Below are positions 21,078 to 30,294 of a stretch of 64,000 bases of DNA, in pieces (positions within the stretch are counted from its first letter, which is position 1; every line of letters starts with the position of its first letter). Below the pieces are notes generated by a model, which worked only from the letters and a program-made list of their open reading frames with translations, did no database searches and was not told the origin of the DNA. Location of the stretch: contig OZ243041.1 of assembly GCA_965212055.1 (NCBI GenBank), positions 1 to 64,000 on the forward strand, in the 5' to 3' direction. The position numbers and the translations under genes are program-made. This DNA is from Fidelibacterota bacterium. Lineage in GTDB: Bacteria; Fidelibacterota; Marinisomatia; Marinisomatales; Marinisomataceae.

Positions 21078-22421
21078 TTAATTCAAATTTAACTCATTAT
21101 AAACAATATCAACACGCCTTTTAAATTTTTCGTCTTTTTTTATAAGGTTTTCAACCTTTCGCTCCGCATGCATGATTGTTGTGTGGTCCCTCCCCCCAAG
21201 GTGAAGGCCAACTGAATTTAGTGGCATGTCTAAAATTTTCCTTGAAAGATAGGCAACAACCTGCCTTGCTTCAGCAATGTTCTTTCTTCTAGATTGGCCA
21301 ACAATTTCTTCTTCTGTAACAGAAAAAATAGCACAAACCCTGTTTATAATGTCCTGTACCGTTGTTTGTCCATATGCTTGGTTTCCAAGTCTTTCTCGAA
21401 TGACCGTTTCTACTAGAGTTTCATCAATTTTTCCTTCCTCTGAAAAGGTTGCGTGAGCCAAAAGCTTTGCAATACAGCTTTCTAGATCGCGAATATTTGT
21501 TTTAACATAAGAGGCTATTGTTTCCAAAAACCTTGAGTCTATGCTAACGTTGTTTTCTTTTGCTTTCGCTGCTAAAATTGCAACCCTGGTTTCAAAGTCT
21601 GGGGGCTGAATATCTGCGTGCAGGCCAGACTCAAAGCGAGAAAGAAGCCTGTCTTGAAGTCCAACCATTTCTCCGGGATATCTGTCCGCTGTCATAACAA
21701 TTTGTTTTCCTGCGACCAAAAGATCATTAAACGTGTGAAAAAACTGTTCTTGTGTTTGTTCTTTTCCTTGAAAAAACTGTATGTCATCTATCAACAAAAT
21801 GTCTGCTTTTCTGTAAACCCTAGAGAAGTCTAGGGACCTGTTTTCTTGAATGCTTGCAATAAAATCGTTTGTGAACTTTTCTGAAGAAGCCAAAACAATG
21901 TTCATTGGTTTTTTTCCTTCAATCAGGGCGTTTGCTATTGCGTGCAAAAGGTGTGTCTTTCCAAGGCCTACGCCGCCATAAATAATTAGGGGGTTAAAGG
22001 ACCCTTCTCCTGGGTTTTTTGAAACCTTAGCAGCGGCTTTTTTAGCAAATTCGTTGTTTGGTCCCTCTATAAACGTTTTAAAAACGTTGTTTGGGTTAAT
22101 GTTGTGTCTTTTTCCGGCGTTGCTTTGTTTTGTTGGTTCTTTTTTGTCAAGCTCTACAGACATGGCGTTTTGTAGAGATGGTGCTGCTATTGAAATTTTT
22201 AGTTCTATTTTTGGGTTTTGTTTTTTTAGAGCACCAATTAAAAAATCATAGTAGTTGTTATTAAGCCAGTCATACGCAAACCTGTTGGGAGCCTCTAGAA
22301 TAAAGACGTTGTTTGTTAGCCCGACAGGCACAAGGGTTTCTATCCAGGCTTTGTGGGCGTGTTCTGGAATAGCCCCCTTAAGCTCTGTGTTTGCTTTTGA
22401 CCATATTTTTTTATAATCCAT
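21078..22421 (-). CDS. dnaA: Chromosomal replication initiator DnaA
   Basis: NPLIIYGGVGLGKTHL, LLIDDIQF, EQFFHTFN and GGRDHTT motifs; likely ATG at 22421. Confidence 0.97.
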   Translation of the reverse strand: MDYKKIWSKANTELKGAIPEHAHKAWIETLVPVGLTNNVFILEAPNRFAYDWLNNNYYDFLIGALKKQNPKIELKISIAAPSLQNAMSVELDKKEPTKQSNAGKRHNINPNNVFKTFIEGPNNEFAKKAAAKVSKNPGEGSFNPLIIYGGVGLGKTHLLHAIANALIEGKKPMNIVLASSEKFTNDFIASIQENRSLDFSRVYRKADILLIDDIQFFQGKEQTQEQFFHTFNDLLVAGKQIVMTADRYPGEMVGLQDRLLSRFESGLHADIQPPDFETRVAILAAKAKENNVSIDSRFLETIASYVKTNIRDLESCIAKLLAHATFSEEGKIDETLVETVIRERLGNQAYGQTTVQDIINRVCAIFSVTEEEIVGQSRRKNIAEARQVVAYLSRKILDMPLNSVGLHLGGRDHTTIMHAERKVENLIKKDEKFKRRVDIVYNELNLN

Positions 22422-22423
22422 AT

Positions 22424-22443
22424 TTATCCACAAGTTATCAACA
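22424..22443. promoter_or_regulatory. Tandem DnaA boxes immediately upstream of dnaA
   Basis: TTATCCACA at 22424-22432 (perfect) and TTATCAACA at 22435-22443 (1 mismatch). Confidence 0.8.
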
Positions 22444-22576
22444 CTGTTTTTTGTTTCCTATATTATTAGGTTAGTGTGTTTTTTGTATCAGAACAAGAGC
22501 TTTTGTTTGTTTCTTCAGTCTTTTTATTGTTTCACAAATTGTAATTATTGCCCTATATTTCGGACGAGAAAGAGCT

Positions 22577-22714
22577 ATGAAAAGAACGTACCAACCAAGC
22601 AATAGAAAAAGAAAAAACAAGCACGGATTTAGAAAAAGAAATTCCTCTGTTGGCGGAAAAAGGGTTTTGGCTGCACGAAAAAAGAAGGGCAGAAAAAAGC
22701 TTACCGTTTCTTAA
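22577..22714 (+). CDS. rpmH: 50S ribosomal protein L34 (missed by the ORF track, 45 aa)
   Basis: Manual translation [45 protein letters not shown]. Confidence 0.97.
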   Translation: MKRTYQPSNRKRKNKHGFRKRNSSVGGKRVLAARKKKGRKKLTVS

Positions 22715-22725
22715 ATTAGTACATA

Positions 22726-24381
22726 ATGAATCGCAAAACGCTCATTGGCCTTATTTTAATTGGAGCAATCCTGTTATTCTGGCCAACATATTTGAGCCTT
22801 GTTTTTCCTGAAGAAAATACTCCTGTTGCTCCAGAAAAAGAGCCTGTGACCCTCTCCAAAGAAAAAGAGAGTCCTTCTAGTTCTTCTCCCGAAAAAAGGG
22901 CCCCTTCTGTTTCAGAAGAGAAAGAGCTTCTTACAAAAATACAAACCCCTCTTTATTCTGCTGTTATTAGCAACAAGAACGGCGGGTCTATTGTTTCTTT
23001 TGTTATAAAAAAACACCTAAAAGAAGGGGAAGAACAAATTCAGCTTGTTGATGACTACAACAAAGAAAACCTTCTTGTTTCCTATATAAACCTTTCTGGC
23101 GAAGAAGTTCTTTTGGACGGGTTTTGGACAAGCTCTTTTGATCAACAAGAAAATTTTGTTTTGGATGAAAAAAGCCCTGTTGCCAAACTTTCTTTTTACA
23201 CCGAAACCTCAGGAGAGGTTGTTGAAAAAAGCCTTTTATTTAACCATAACAGCTATGCTGTGGAAATTGACACGGACCTTGAGCCAGCTGAGGAAGGCAT
23301 TCTTGAGGGAAAATTTAGACTTGATTGGGTTGGGGGAATTCCCCTAACAGAAGACAGCAAACAAGAATCTTTCTTTTTAGAGGGGCTTGTTAGTCAAGGA
23401 GGAAGCATTCAGTCTTATCGAGTGGGCTCTGCAAGCCTGTTTGGTGGCGGGTCTTCTCAAATAGAAGAGTCTTTTAAAATATATTCTGGGGGAACAGACT
23501 TTGCTGGGTATAGGACCAAATATTTTGGTGCTTTTCTAATGCCACAAAAAACAGATGAGGTAAAAGTAATAAAATATGGGAGCTCTGATCGGCCAGAGGT
23601 GGACATCTTAACAACCCAGGAAATAAACTTTAAAAAAACAACCCTGTTTTTTGGGCCCCTTGAATACGAGGAAATCGCCAACCTTGATGTTGGCTTAGAA
23701 GACAAAATTCTTGGGTGGCAGTGGTTGTCTTCTGTTTCCTGGTTAATTTATATAATAATGGTTTCTCTCTATGGGTTTATTCCTAATTATGGGGTTGTTG
23801 TTATCTTGTTTGCGGTTTTAATTAAGGCCGTAACATACCCTTTAATGGCAAAGCAACTAAGGTCAACAAAAAAGATGCAAGAGATCCAGCCCGAACTAAA
23901 CAAAATAAAACTTAAATACAAAAGCGATCCTGCCTTACAGCAGCAAAAAATGTCGGCTTTGTTTCAAAAAAGCGGCGTTAACCCCCTTGCTGGGTGTTTA
24001 CCAATGTTGGTTCAGTTTCCTGTTTTAATTGCCGTTTTTATGGTTTTTAGAAACACTATTGAGTTTCGAGGAGAGCCTTTTTTCTTGTGGATTACCGACC
24101 TTGCTTCTCCCGACACTCTCTTTATGCTTGGCTCTATTCCAATAAACGTTTTGCCTTTTTTAATGTCTCTTTCAATGTTTTATACAATGAAAGTAAGCAC
24201 CTCTGCACAACCGTCTGGCGGAGACCCCGCACAAGAAGCAACACAAAAAATGATGAAATACATGTTCCCCGGAATGATGTTTTTTCTTTTTTATGGGTTC
24301 CCTTCTGGTCTAAACCTGTATTATCTCTGCTTTAATGTAATACAGATTATACAACAAAAAATTATTAACAAAGAGAAGTAG
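22726..24381 (+). CDS. yidC: Membrane protein insertase YidC
   Basis: N-terminal transmembrane segment, periplasmic domain, NYGVVVI, NPLAGCLPMLVQFP, WITDLASPD, PSGLNLY. Confidence 0.95.
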   Translation: MNRKTLIGLILIGAILLFWPTYLSLVFPEENTPVAPEKEPVTLSKEKESPSSSSPEKRAPSVSEEKELLTKIQTPLYSAVISNKNGGSIVSFVIKKHLKEGEEQIQLVDDYNKENLLVSYINLSGEEVLLDGFWTSSFDQQENFVLDEKSPVAKLSFYTETSGEVVEKSLLFNHNSYAVEIDTDLEPAEEGILEGKFRLDWVGGIPLTEDSKQESFFLEGLVSQGGSIQSYRVGSASLFGGGSSQIEESFKIYSGGTDFAGYRTKYFGAFLMPQKTDEVKVIKYGSSDRPEVDILTTQEINFKKTTLFFGPLEYEEIANLDVGLEDKILGWQWLSSVSWLIYIIMVSLYGFIPNYGVVVILFAVLIKAVTYPLMAKQLRSTKKMQEIQPELNKIKLKYKSDPALQQQKMSALFQKSGVNPLAGCLPMLVQFPVLIAVFMVFRNTIEFRGEPFFLWITDLASPDTLFMLGSIPINVLPFLMSLSMFYTMKVSTSAQPSGGDPAQEATQKMMKYMFPGMMFFLFYGFPSGLNLYYLCFNVIQIIQQKIINKEK

Positions 24382-24383
24382 GA

Positions 24384-25679
24384 ATGGATACGGTTGTTGC
24401 CTGCTCGACCCCATTTGGCTCTAGTGCTATTGCAACTGTTAGGATTTCTGGACCGAAAACCAAAAATGTTATTTCTCGTCTTCAAAAAACAGAAAAAAAC
24501 CTTAAACACAACACCCCCTTCCTTTCTCCTCTACTAGACGAAGACCTTTCTGTTTTTGACGAGGCCCTTATAAATGTTTTTTTTGGGCCAAGTTCATATA
24601 CAGGAGAAGACCTTGCGGAAATTTCTTGCCACGGAAACCCTATAATTATAGAGAAGGTTGTCTCTTTAAGCTGTTTATATGGCTGTCGTATTGCAGAGCC
24701 TGGGGAGTTTACAAAAAGGGCCTACCTAAACAACAAAATGGACCTTTCTCAGGCTGAGGCGGTTTCTTCTTTGATTGCTTCCAAGTCTTTGGCTGGAACA
24801 AAACTAAGCTACAAAAACCTGGAGGGCGGGCTTGCTGGACAGGTTCTTTCAATAAAAAACAGCATTATATCAATAATTGGGGAGTTCGAGTTTAACCTGG
24901 ACATATCCGAAGAAGACCTTCAGCCAAATCTCATAAAAAACAGTATAAAAAAAATAGATTCTCTAGAAAAAAGCCTGGGCTTGGCACTGGAGGGCTTCAA
25001 GAAAACAAATCTTTTAATGGCTGGAGCAAGCGTTGTAATTGCAGGCCCGACAAACGCTGGAAAGTCTACCCTTTTTAACCGTCTTTTAGACGAGGAAAGG
25101 GCAATTACAAGCAGCATTCCGGGAACGACGAGAGACGTTCTTCAAGACACAATTAACCTTAGCGGCATCCCTGTTGTTTTAAAAGACACCGCTGGAATAA
25201 GAAAAACAAAAAGCTCTATTGAAAAAATAGGCATGAAAAAAACCTCTGAACAAATTTTGTCTGCAAATGTTGTTATTTTTCTTGGAAAAAAGAAAAAAGG
25301 GGAAGAAGCCGATCCTCGTTTTATATATGTTCTTAACAAAATAGACCTAAAAAAGAAGGTTTCTGGCAGCTATGACATAAAAATCTCTGCCCTTAAAGGA
25401 AAAAACATAAAAAAGCTAGTAACTGCTATTTTAAAGCGCCTTTCTGAACAAGGAAAAGACTCTAACATAATATTAACATCAAAAAGACAAAAAGAAAATG
25501 TTGTCGGTTCTAAAGGGTTTTTAAAAAAGTCTTTAGAGGGTTTAAAAAGGGGGGCCTCCTTGGAGCTTGTTGTTGAAGACCTTAACTCTTCTCTTTCTTT
25601 TTTAGACAACATCACAAAAAAAACAACAAAAGACGACATTCTTTCTAGCGTCTTTTCTTCTTTTTGTGTTGGGAAATAG
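24384..25679 (+). CDS. mnmE: tRNA modification GTPase MnmE/TrmE
   Basis: SYTGED, GEFTKRAYLN, GPTNAGKST, GTTRD, DTAG, C-terminal FCVGK. Confidence 0.96.
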   Translation: MDTVVACSTPFGSSAIATVRISGPKTKNVISRLQKTEKNLKHNTPFLSPLLDEDLSVFDEALINVFFGPSSYTGEDLAEISCHGNPIIIEKVVSLSCLYGCRIAEPGEFTKRAYLNNKMDLSQAEAVSSLIASKSLAGTKLSYKNLEGGLAGQVLSIKNSIISIIGEFEFNLDISEEDLQPNLIKNSIKKIDSLEKSLGLALEGFKKTNLLMAGASVVIAGPTNAGKSTLFNRLLDEERAITSSIPGTTRDVLQDTINLSGIPVVLKDTAGIRKTKSSIEKIGMKKTSEQILSANVVIFLGKKKKGEEADPRFIYVLNKIDLKKKVSGSYDIKISALKGKNIKKLVTAILKRLSEQGKDSNIILTSKRQKENVVGSKGFLKKSLEGLKRGASLELVVEDLNSSLSFLDNITKKTTKDDILSSVFSSFCVGK

Positions 25680-25692
25680 TTTCACGTGAAAC
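25679..25692. other. parS centromere-like site 1
   Basis: Perfect palindrome GTTTCACGTGAAAC, the core of consensus TGTTTCACGTGAAACA. Confidence 0.85.
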
Positions 25693-27587
25693 GTATAACA
25701 AAAAAATATGATTTAGTCGTAGTCGGGGGCGGCCATGCCGGACTAGAGGCTGCTTTAATTTCCCAAAAGATGGGGATTAATGTTCTTTTGATTTCTATGG
25801 ACAAAAAATCAATAGGCAGGATGTCTTGCAACCCTGCAATTGGGGGGCTGGCAAAAGGACAGATGGTAAAAGAGCTGGATGTTCTTGGGGGCTCTATGGG
25901 CTTTTTTGCAGACAAGTGTACCCTTCAAAGCAAAACGCTGAACCTTTCAAAAGGAAGGTCTGTTTGGTCTCCTAGGTCTCAAATAGACAAAATAAAATAT
26001 GAAAAAACTGTTCAAAGACATCTTCAACAAACAAAGCTTCCTGTTGTCGAGGGAGAAGCTATTATTGTTTCTGAAAAAAATGGCAAAATAAAATCTGTTG
26101 TTTTAGCTAGTGGGGATGAAATCTTTTGTAAAGCAGCTATATTAACTTGTGGAACTTTTTTAAATGGATTAATTCATGTTGGCGAAAAGAAAATTAAAGC
26201 TGGAAGAATGGGGGAAGAAAGTTCTGTTGGAATAACAGAGTCTCTCAAGGGGTTAGGTTTTCTTTCTGGAAGACTCAAAACAGGAACTCCTCCAAGAATA
26301 AAAAGAGATTCCGTAGAGTGGAGTGTTGGTCTTCCGGGGTTTGGCGATAAAAACCCCAAGCCTCTCTCATATAGAACAAAAAAATTTAACCCAAAAGATG
26401 AGCCTTGTTTTGCTTTTAGAACAAATGAAAAAACCCATAATTTAATATTAAAAAACATTTCTAGATCTCCAATGTATTCTGGAGATATTGATTCTTCTGG
26501 ACCAAGATACTGTCCCTCCATAGAAGACAAGGTTTATAAATTTTCTCACAACCCAAGTCATGTCTTACAGCTAGAGCCTGAGTGGTCAAACTCTAAGCAA
26601 ATTTATGTAAATGGTTTTTCAACAAGCCTCCCAGAAGATGTTCAGCTGAAATGTTTAAAAACCGTTAAAGGCTTGAACAGTGTAGAGTTTTTAAGGCCCG
26701 GGTATGCCATAGAATATGATTTTTTCTTTCCTTCTCAGCTAAAATCAACCCTTGAAACAAAAAAGATTAGTGGTTTGTTTTTTGCTGGACAAATAAACGG
26801 AACATCCGGATATGAAGAAGCCTCTTCACAGGGGCTTATTGCTGGAATTAATGCTTCTCTTAAAATAAAAAAGAAAAAACCTTTACAGCTAAAAAGAAAC
26901 GAAGCCTATATTGGGGTTTTAATTGATGATTTGGTTATAAAAGACACAAAAGAACCATACAGAATGTTTACTTCTCGAGCCGAATACCGCCTACAGCTAA
27001 GGGCTTCTAATGCAGATCAAAGGCTTTTAAAATATTCCAAAAAATTTGGTTTACTCGACGACAAAACCTTAAAAAGCCTAGAGAAAAAAACAAAAGAAAC
27101 CGAAAAGCTTGTTAACTACTTAGGCAAAAAATCTATCAAACCAGAAGAAATAAATGATTCTTTAAAGGCTGTTGGAGAAAAGCCAATAAAAGAACCCACT
27201 AAAGCTGCTTCTCTTTTAAAAAGACCCCGTGTTTTTCTAAAAGATTTTCCAAAAAATAAAAAAATAAACAAAAAAGAATATGAAAAAGAATATGCTGAAG
27301 AAATCTTGTTTGAAGCTGAAACAGAAATTAAATATAGTGGATATATAAGTAGACAAAAGGCAGAAATTGAAAAAACAAAAATTTATGAAAATATGACCAT
27401 TCCAAAAGGTTTTGACTACAGTGAAATAAAAAGCATTTCTAATGAAAGTAGAGAAAAACTTTTATCAATATTGCCTGAAACTATTGGTCAGGCTCAGCGT
27501 ATTAATGGCATTAGACCAACAGATATATCTATTTTATTAGTATATTTAAAGCGTTGGTTTCACGTGAAACGAAACAGGGTTTTATAA
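25686..27587 (+). CDS. mnmG: tRNA uridine 5-carboxymethylaminomethyl modification enzyme MnmG/GidA
   Basis: GGGHAG, MSCNPAIGG, LKTGTPPR, GPRYCPSIEDK, GQINGTSGYEEA and EPYRMFTSRAEYRL motifs. Confidence 0.97.
   Translation: MKRITKKYDLVVVGGGHAGLEAALISQKMGINVLLISMDKKSIGRMSCNPAIGGLAKGQMVKELDVLGGSMGFFADKCTLQSKTLNLSKGRSVWSPRSQIDKIKYEKTVQRHLQQTKLPVVEGEAIIVSEKNGKIKSVVLASGDEIFCKAAILTCGTFLNGLIHVGEKKIKAGRMGEESSVGITESLKGLGFLSGRLKTGTPPRIKRDSVEWSVGLPGFGDKNPKPLSYRTKKFNPKDEPCFAFRTNEKTHNLILKNISRSPMYSGDIDSSGPRYCPSIEDKVYKFSHNPSHVLQLEPEWSNSKQIYVNGFSTSLPEDVQLKCLKTVKGLNSVEFLRPGYAIEYDFFFPSQLKSTLETKKISGLFFAGQINGTSGYEEASSQGLIAGINASLKIKKKKPLQLKRNEAYIGVLIDDLVIKDTKEPYRMFTSRAEYRLQLRASNADQRLLKYSKKFGLLDDKTLKSLEKKTKETEKLVNYLGKKSIKPEEINDSLKAVGEKPIKEPTKAASLLKRPRVFLKDFPKNKKINKKEYEKEYAEEILFEAETEIKYSGYISRQKAEIEKTKIYENMTIPKGFDYSEIKSISNESREKLLSILPETIGQAQRINGIRPTDISILLVYLKRWFHVKRNRVL
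27557..27570. other. parS centromere-like site 2
   Basis: Identical palindrome GTTTCACGTGAAAC inside the last codons of mnmG. Confidence 0.85.
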
Positions 27588-27589
27588 GG

Positions 27590-28894
27590 ATGAATAAAAT
27601 GATAAATAAAATATTACTATTATTATTTTCTAGCATATTGTTTTCCCAACAATCAATTTTGTTGGATGAAATTGCTGCTGTTGTCGACGATGAAGTTGTT
27701 TTATTGAGTGATGTTGTCTTGGCTGCAAATGCTCTTGCTGCGCAAGAAAATGTTGATCCATTTACCAGTCCAAGTAAATACAAAGAACTATTATTAGAAT
27801 CTTCAGAAAGCATGATTGAACAGCTTGTTATTATAAGAATGGCAGAAATTGATTCTGTTACTGTTTTAGAAAAAGATGTAGATAGGGCCCTAGAAAGACA
27901 GGTTCAAAATATTATTTCTCAATCAGGAAGTAAGGAAGCTGCTGAACAGGTTTTAGGACGAAAAATATCTGATTTTAAAAGGTCTTATAAGGATGATATG
28001 GAAGGAAAATTAATAGCTGAAAAATATACCGGAGATTTAACTAGAAGCATTGAGATTACAAGGCCTGAAGTAGAAGATTTTTTTAAGACATATAAAGATA
28101 GCATTCCCTCTTTTCCTAAAAGACATAAAGTTAGACATATTTTAATTGAAATCAGTCCTTCTGAGGATTCGGCAAAAAAAACAGAGCTAAAAGCTTTAAA
28201 TATTTTAGAAGAAATCAATGGAGGTTTATCTTTTGAAGAGGCTGCAAAAAAATATTCAGAAGATCCTGGTTCAAAAGAAAATGGTGGTTATTTAGGATTT
28301 GTTCCAAGAGGAACATTTGTGAAAGAGTTTGAAAAAGCAGCCTTTACTTTGGATTTAAACACTGTAAGTGCTCCAATAAAAACACAATTTGGTTTTCATA
28401 TTATAGAGGTTTTAGATAGGTCTGGAGAAAAAATTGGGGTAAGACATATTTTGTTGCGAACAGAAGTTACCGACGAGGATAAAGCAAAAACCTATAAAAC
28501 AGTTTCTGATCTTTCTAAAAAAATAACAACAAAAGATGAATTCATTTTAGAAGCTAAAGAACTCTCTAATGATGAAACAACAAAAGATCTTGGTGGTATG
28601 TTGGGTTGGGTTAATACAGATTTATATCAAGTAAAAGAATTGTCTGTTGTAATAAATAATATTGCAGAAAATACTTGTAGTGCACCAATTCTTACTGATT
28701 TTGGCTATCATTTACTTTGGGTAGATGAGATTGAAGAAGGGGGACCTCCAACTATAGAAAAGAATTGGACAGATTTAGAACAGATGGCTTTGAATAAAAA
28801 GAAATCCGACTGGTATAATGATTGGATAGAAAAAATTAAAACCAAAGTTTATATAAAAAGAAATCCACTTAATTATCCACAAATTGCTAATTAA
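27590..28894 (+). CDS. surA: SurA-like periplasmic peptidyl-prolyl isomerase
   Basis: Signal peptide, IAAVVDDEVVLLSD SurA N-domain, two parvulin domains (RHIL, SEDPGSKENGG, TQFGFHII; TDFGYHLL). Confidence 0.8.
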   Translation: MNKMINKILLLLFSSILFSQQSILLDEIAAVVDDEVVLLSDVVLAANALAAQENVDPFTSPSKYKELLLESSESMIEQLVIIRMAEIDSVTVLEKDVDRALERQVQNIISQSGSKEAAEQVLGRKISDFKRSYKDDMEGKLIAEKYTGDLTRSIEITRPEVEDFFKTYKDSIPSFPKRHKVRHILIEISPSEDSAKKTELKALNILEEINGGLSFEEAAKKYSEDPGSKENGGYLGFVPRGTFVKEFEKAAFTLDLNTVSAPIKTQFGFHIIEVLDRSGEKIGVRHILLRTEVTDEDKAKTYKTVSDLSKKITTKDEFILEAKELSNDETTKDLGGMLGWVNTDLYQVKELSVVINNIAENTCSAPILTDFGYHLLWVDEIEEGGPPTIEKNWTDLEQMALNKKKSDWYNDWIEKIKTKVYIKRNPLNYPQIAN

Positions 28895-29060
28895 ATAACT
28901 AAAAAAAATATATCTTAGTTATTCACATTTTATACACATTTTTTATTTATTTCTATATATGTAATTTCTCGTCGACAAATTGATCTTTTTAAAGATTTAT
29001 TAACATTTACACCTTATTACTAATATTTATTTTTATATATATAAGTATATAATAATTAAA
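28873..29060. other. Probable replication origin oriC (DnaA boxes plus AT-rich unwinding element)
   Basis: TTATCCACA 28873-28881, TTATTCACA 28919-28927, TTATACACA 28930-28938 and TTATTAACA 28997-29005, followed by a TTA-TTA-CTA-ATA trio-like tract and an almost pure A/T run; lies directly upstream of dnaN. Confidence 0.8.
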
Positions 29061-29146
29061 AAGGGTTTTTCGAGAAAAAAGCTTCCAAAATAGCTCTAAA
29101 ATCAATTTTCTTTTACTTAGGCAATAGGGAATACCATAATTAAGAC

Positions 29147-29175
29147 TTGTTAAAACCTAAGTATCTTTTTATAAT
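29147..29175 (+). promoter_or_regulatory. Putative sigma70 promoter of dnaN-gyrB-gyrA
   Basis: TTGTTA (29147-29152), 17 nt, TATAAT (29170-29175), 12 nt before the dnaN ATG. Confidence 0.6.
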
Positions 29176-29187
29176 TGATGGTTATTT

Positions 29188-30294
29188 ATGAATATTTCAA
29201 CAACAAAAAAAGAACTTCAGACAGCATTTTCTAAATTAATTAAAACATCTCAGACAAGATCACAAAACCCTCTTATAAATTATACCTACATATCTTCTGG
29301 AGCTCATGGAGTAACATTGCACTCAACAGATCTAGAGGTTGGAATAAAAACAAATATTACAGCATCTGTAAACACTGATGGGGAAGGATTATTTCCTACT
29401 TCTGAATTAAATGATATTATATCAGTGATAGATGAAGGGAGAGTTGATATTGAAATAGCAGGACCACATATTAATATAAAGTCAGAAAAAGGAACTTCTT
29501 TTGATATTCCTACTCTTCCATTTCAAGAATATCCAAAAGTTCCAGAAAATAAACATGAAACTATATATAATATAGATACTAGTGAATTAAAAAAAATACT
29601 AGATGCTATGACTTATGCAATAAATAAAGACCAATTAAAACCAGCATTAGGTGGAGCACTATTTTCTTTCTCAGAGGAAGGGTTAAATTTTGTTTCAACA
29701 GATGGTCACAGACTTGTTGTCATAACAAAGAAAAACGATTCCAATATTATGGAAGATTTTATAATACCAAAAAAATATTTAAATATGTTAAGTGCCTTCA
29801 TTCAAGGACAGAAAGAATCTTCGTTAATCTTTAGCAATGATCATGTGTTTATTAATAATGATGGAGACATTTTATATTCAAGATTAATTGATGAGAAATA
29901 TCCAAATTATAATGCTGTTATACCTCAAGAAAATCCCTATGTTCTCAAGCTTCAAAAAGAAGATTTTTTAAATAGTATAAAAGCAACATCTATAGCAACA
30001 AATAAAAATACAAACCAAATTTCTCTTAATCTTGCTCTTGGAGAAGTTTTTTTAAAAAGTATTAATCAGTCGGAAAGCAAGACAGTTCATGCTCCTCTTA
30101 AAACAGCAGAATATGATGGAGAGAAGATCTCTATTGGATTCAATGCAACATATCTCAAAGAAGCTATCACAAATTATCCAACAGAAGATATTCTTTTCGT
30201 TTTTAAAGATGAATTATCAGCAACTCTACTTTTGCCAGAAACAAAAAATCACAAAATAACTATTTTGCTAATGCCGGTGAGAATAAATGAGTAA
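29188..30294 (+). CDS. dnaN: DNA polymerase III beta sliding clamp
   Basis: STDLE, STDGHRL, RLIDEKYPNY, IGFNATYL and LLMPVR motifs. Confidence 0.95.
   Translation: MNISTTKKELQTAFSKLIKTSQTRSQNPLINYTYISSGAHGVTLHSTDLEVGIKTNITASVNTDGEGLFPTSELNDIISVIDEGRVDIEIAGPHINIKSEKGTSFDIPTLPFQEYPKVPENKHETIYNIDTSELKKILDAMTYAINKDQLKPALGGALFSFSEEGLNFVSTDGHRLVVITKKNDSNIMEDFIIPKKYLNMLSAFIQGQKESSLIFSNDHVFINNDGDILYSRLIDEKYPNYNAVIPQENPYVLKLQKEDFLNSIKATSIATNKNTNQISLNLALGEVFLKSINQSESKTVHAPLKTAEYDGEKISIGFNATYLKEAITNYPTEDILFVFKDELSATLLLPETKNHKITILLMPVRINE

Noticed and set aside
28895..29187. Largest intergenic gap as a possible ncRNA, CRISPR array or island
   Set aside because: No repeats with spacers and no tRNA-like or GC-rich stems; it is explained by DnaA boxes, the DUE and the dnaN promoter.
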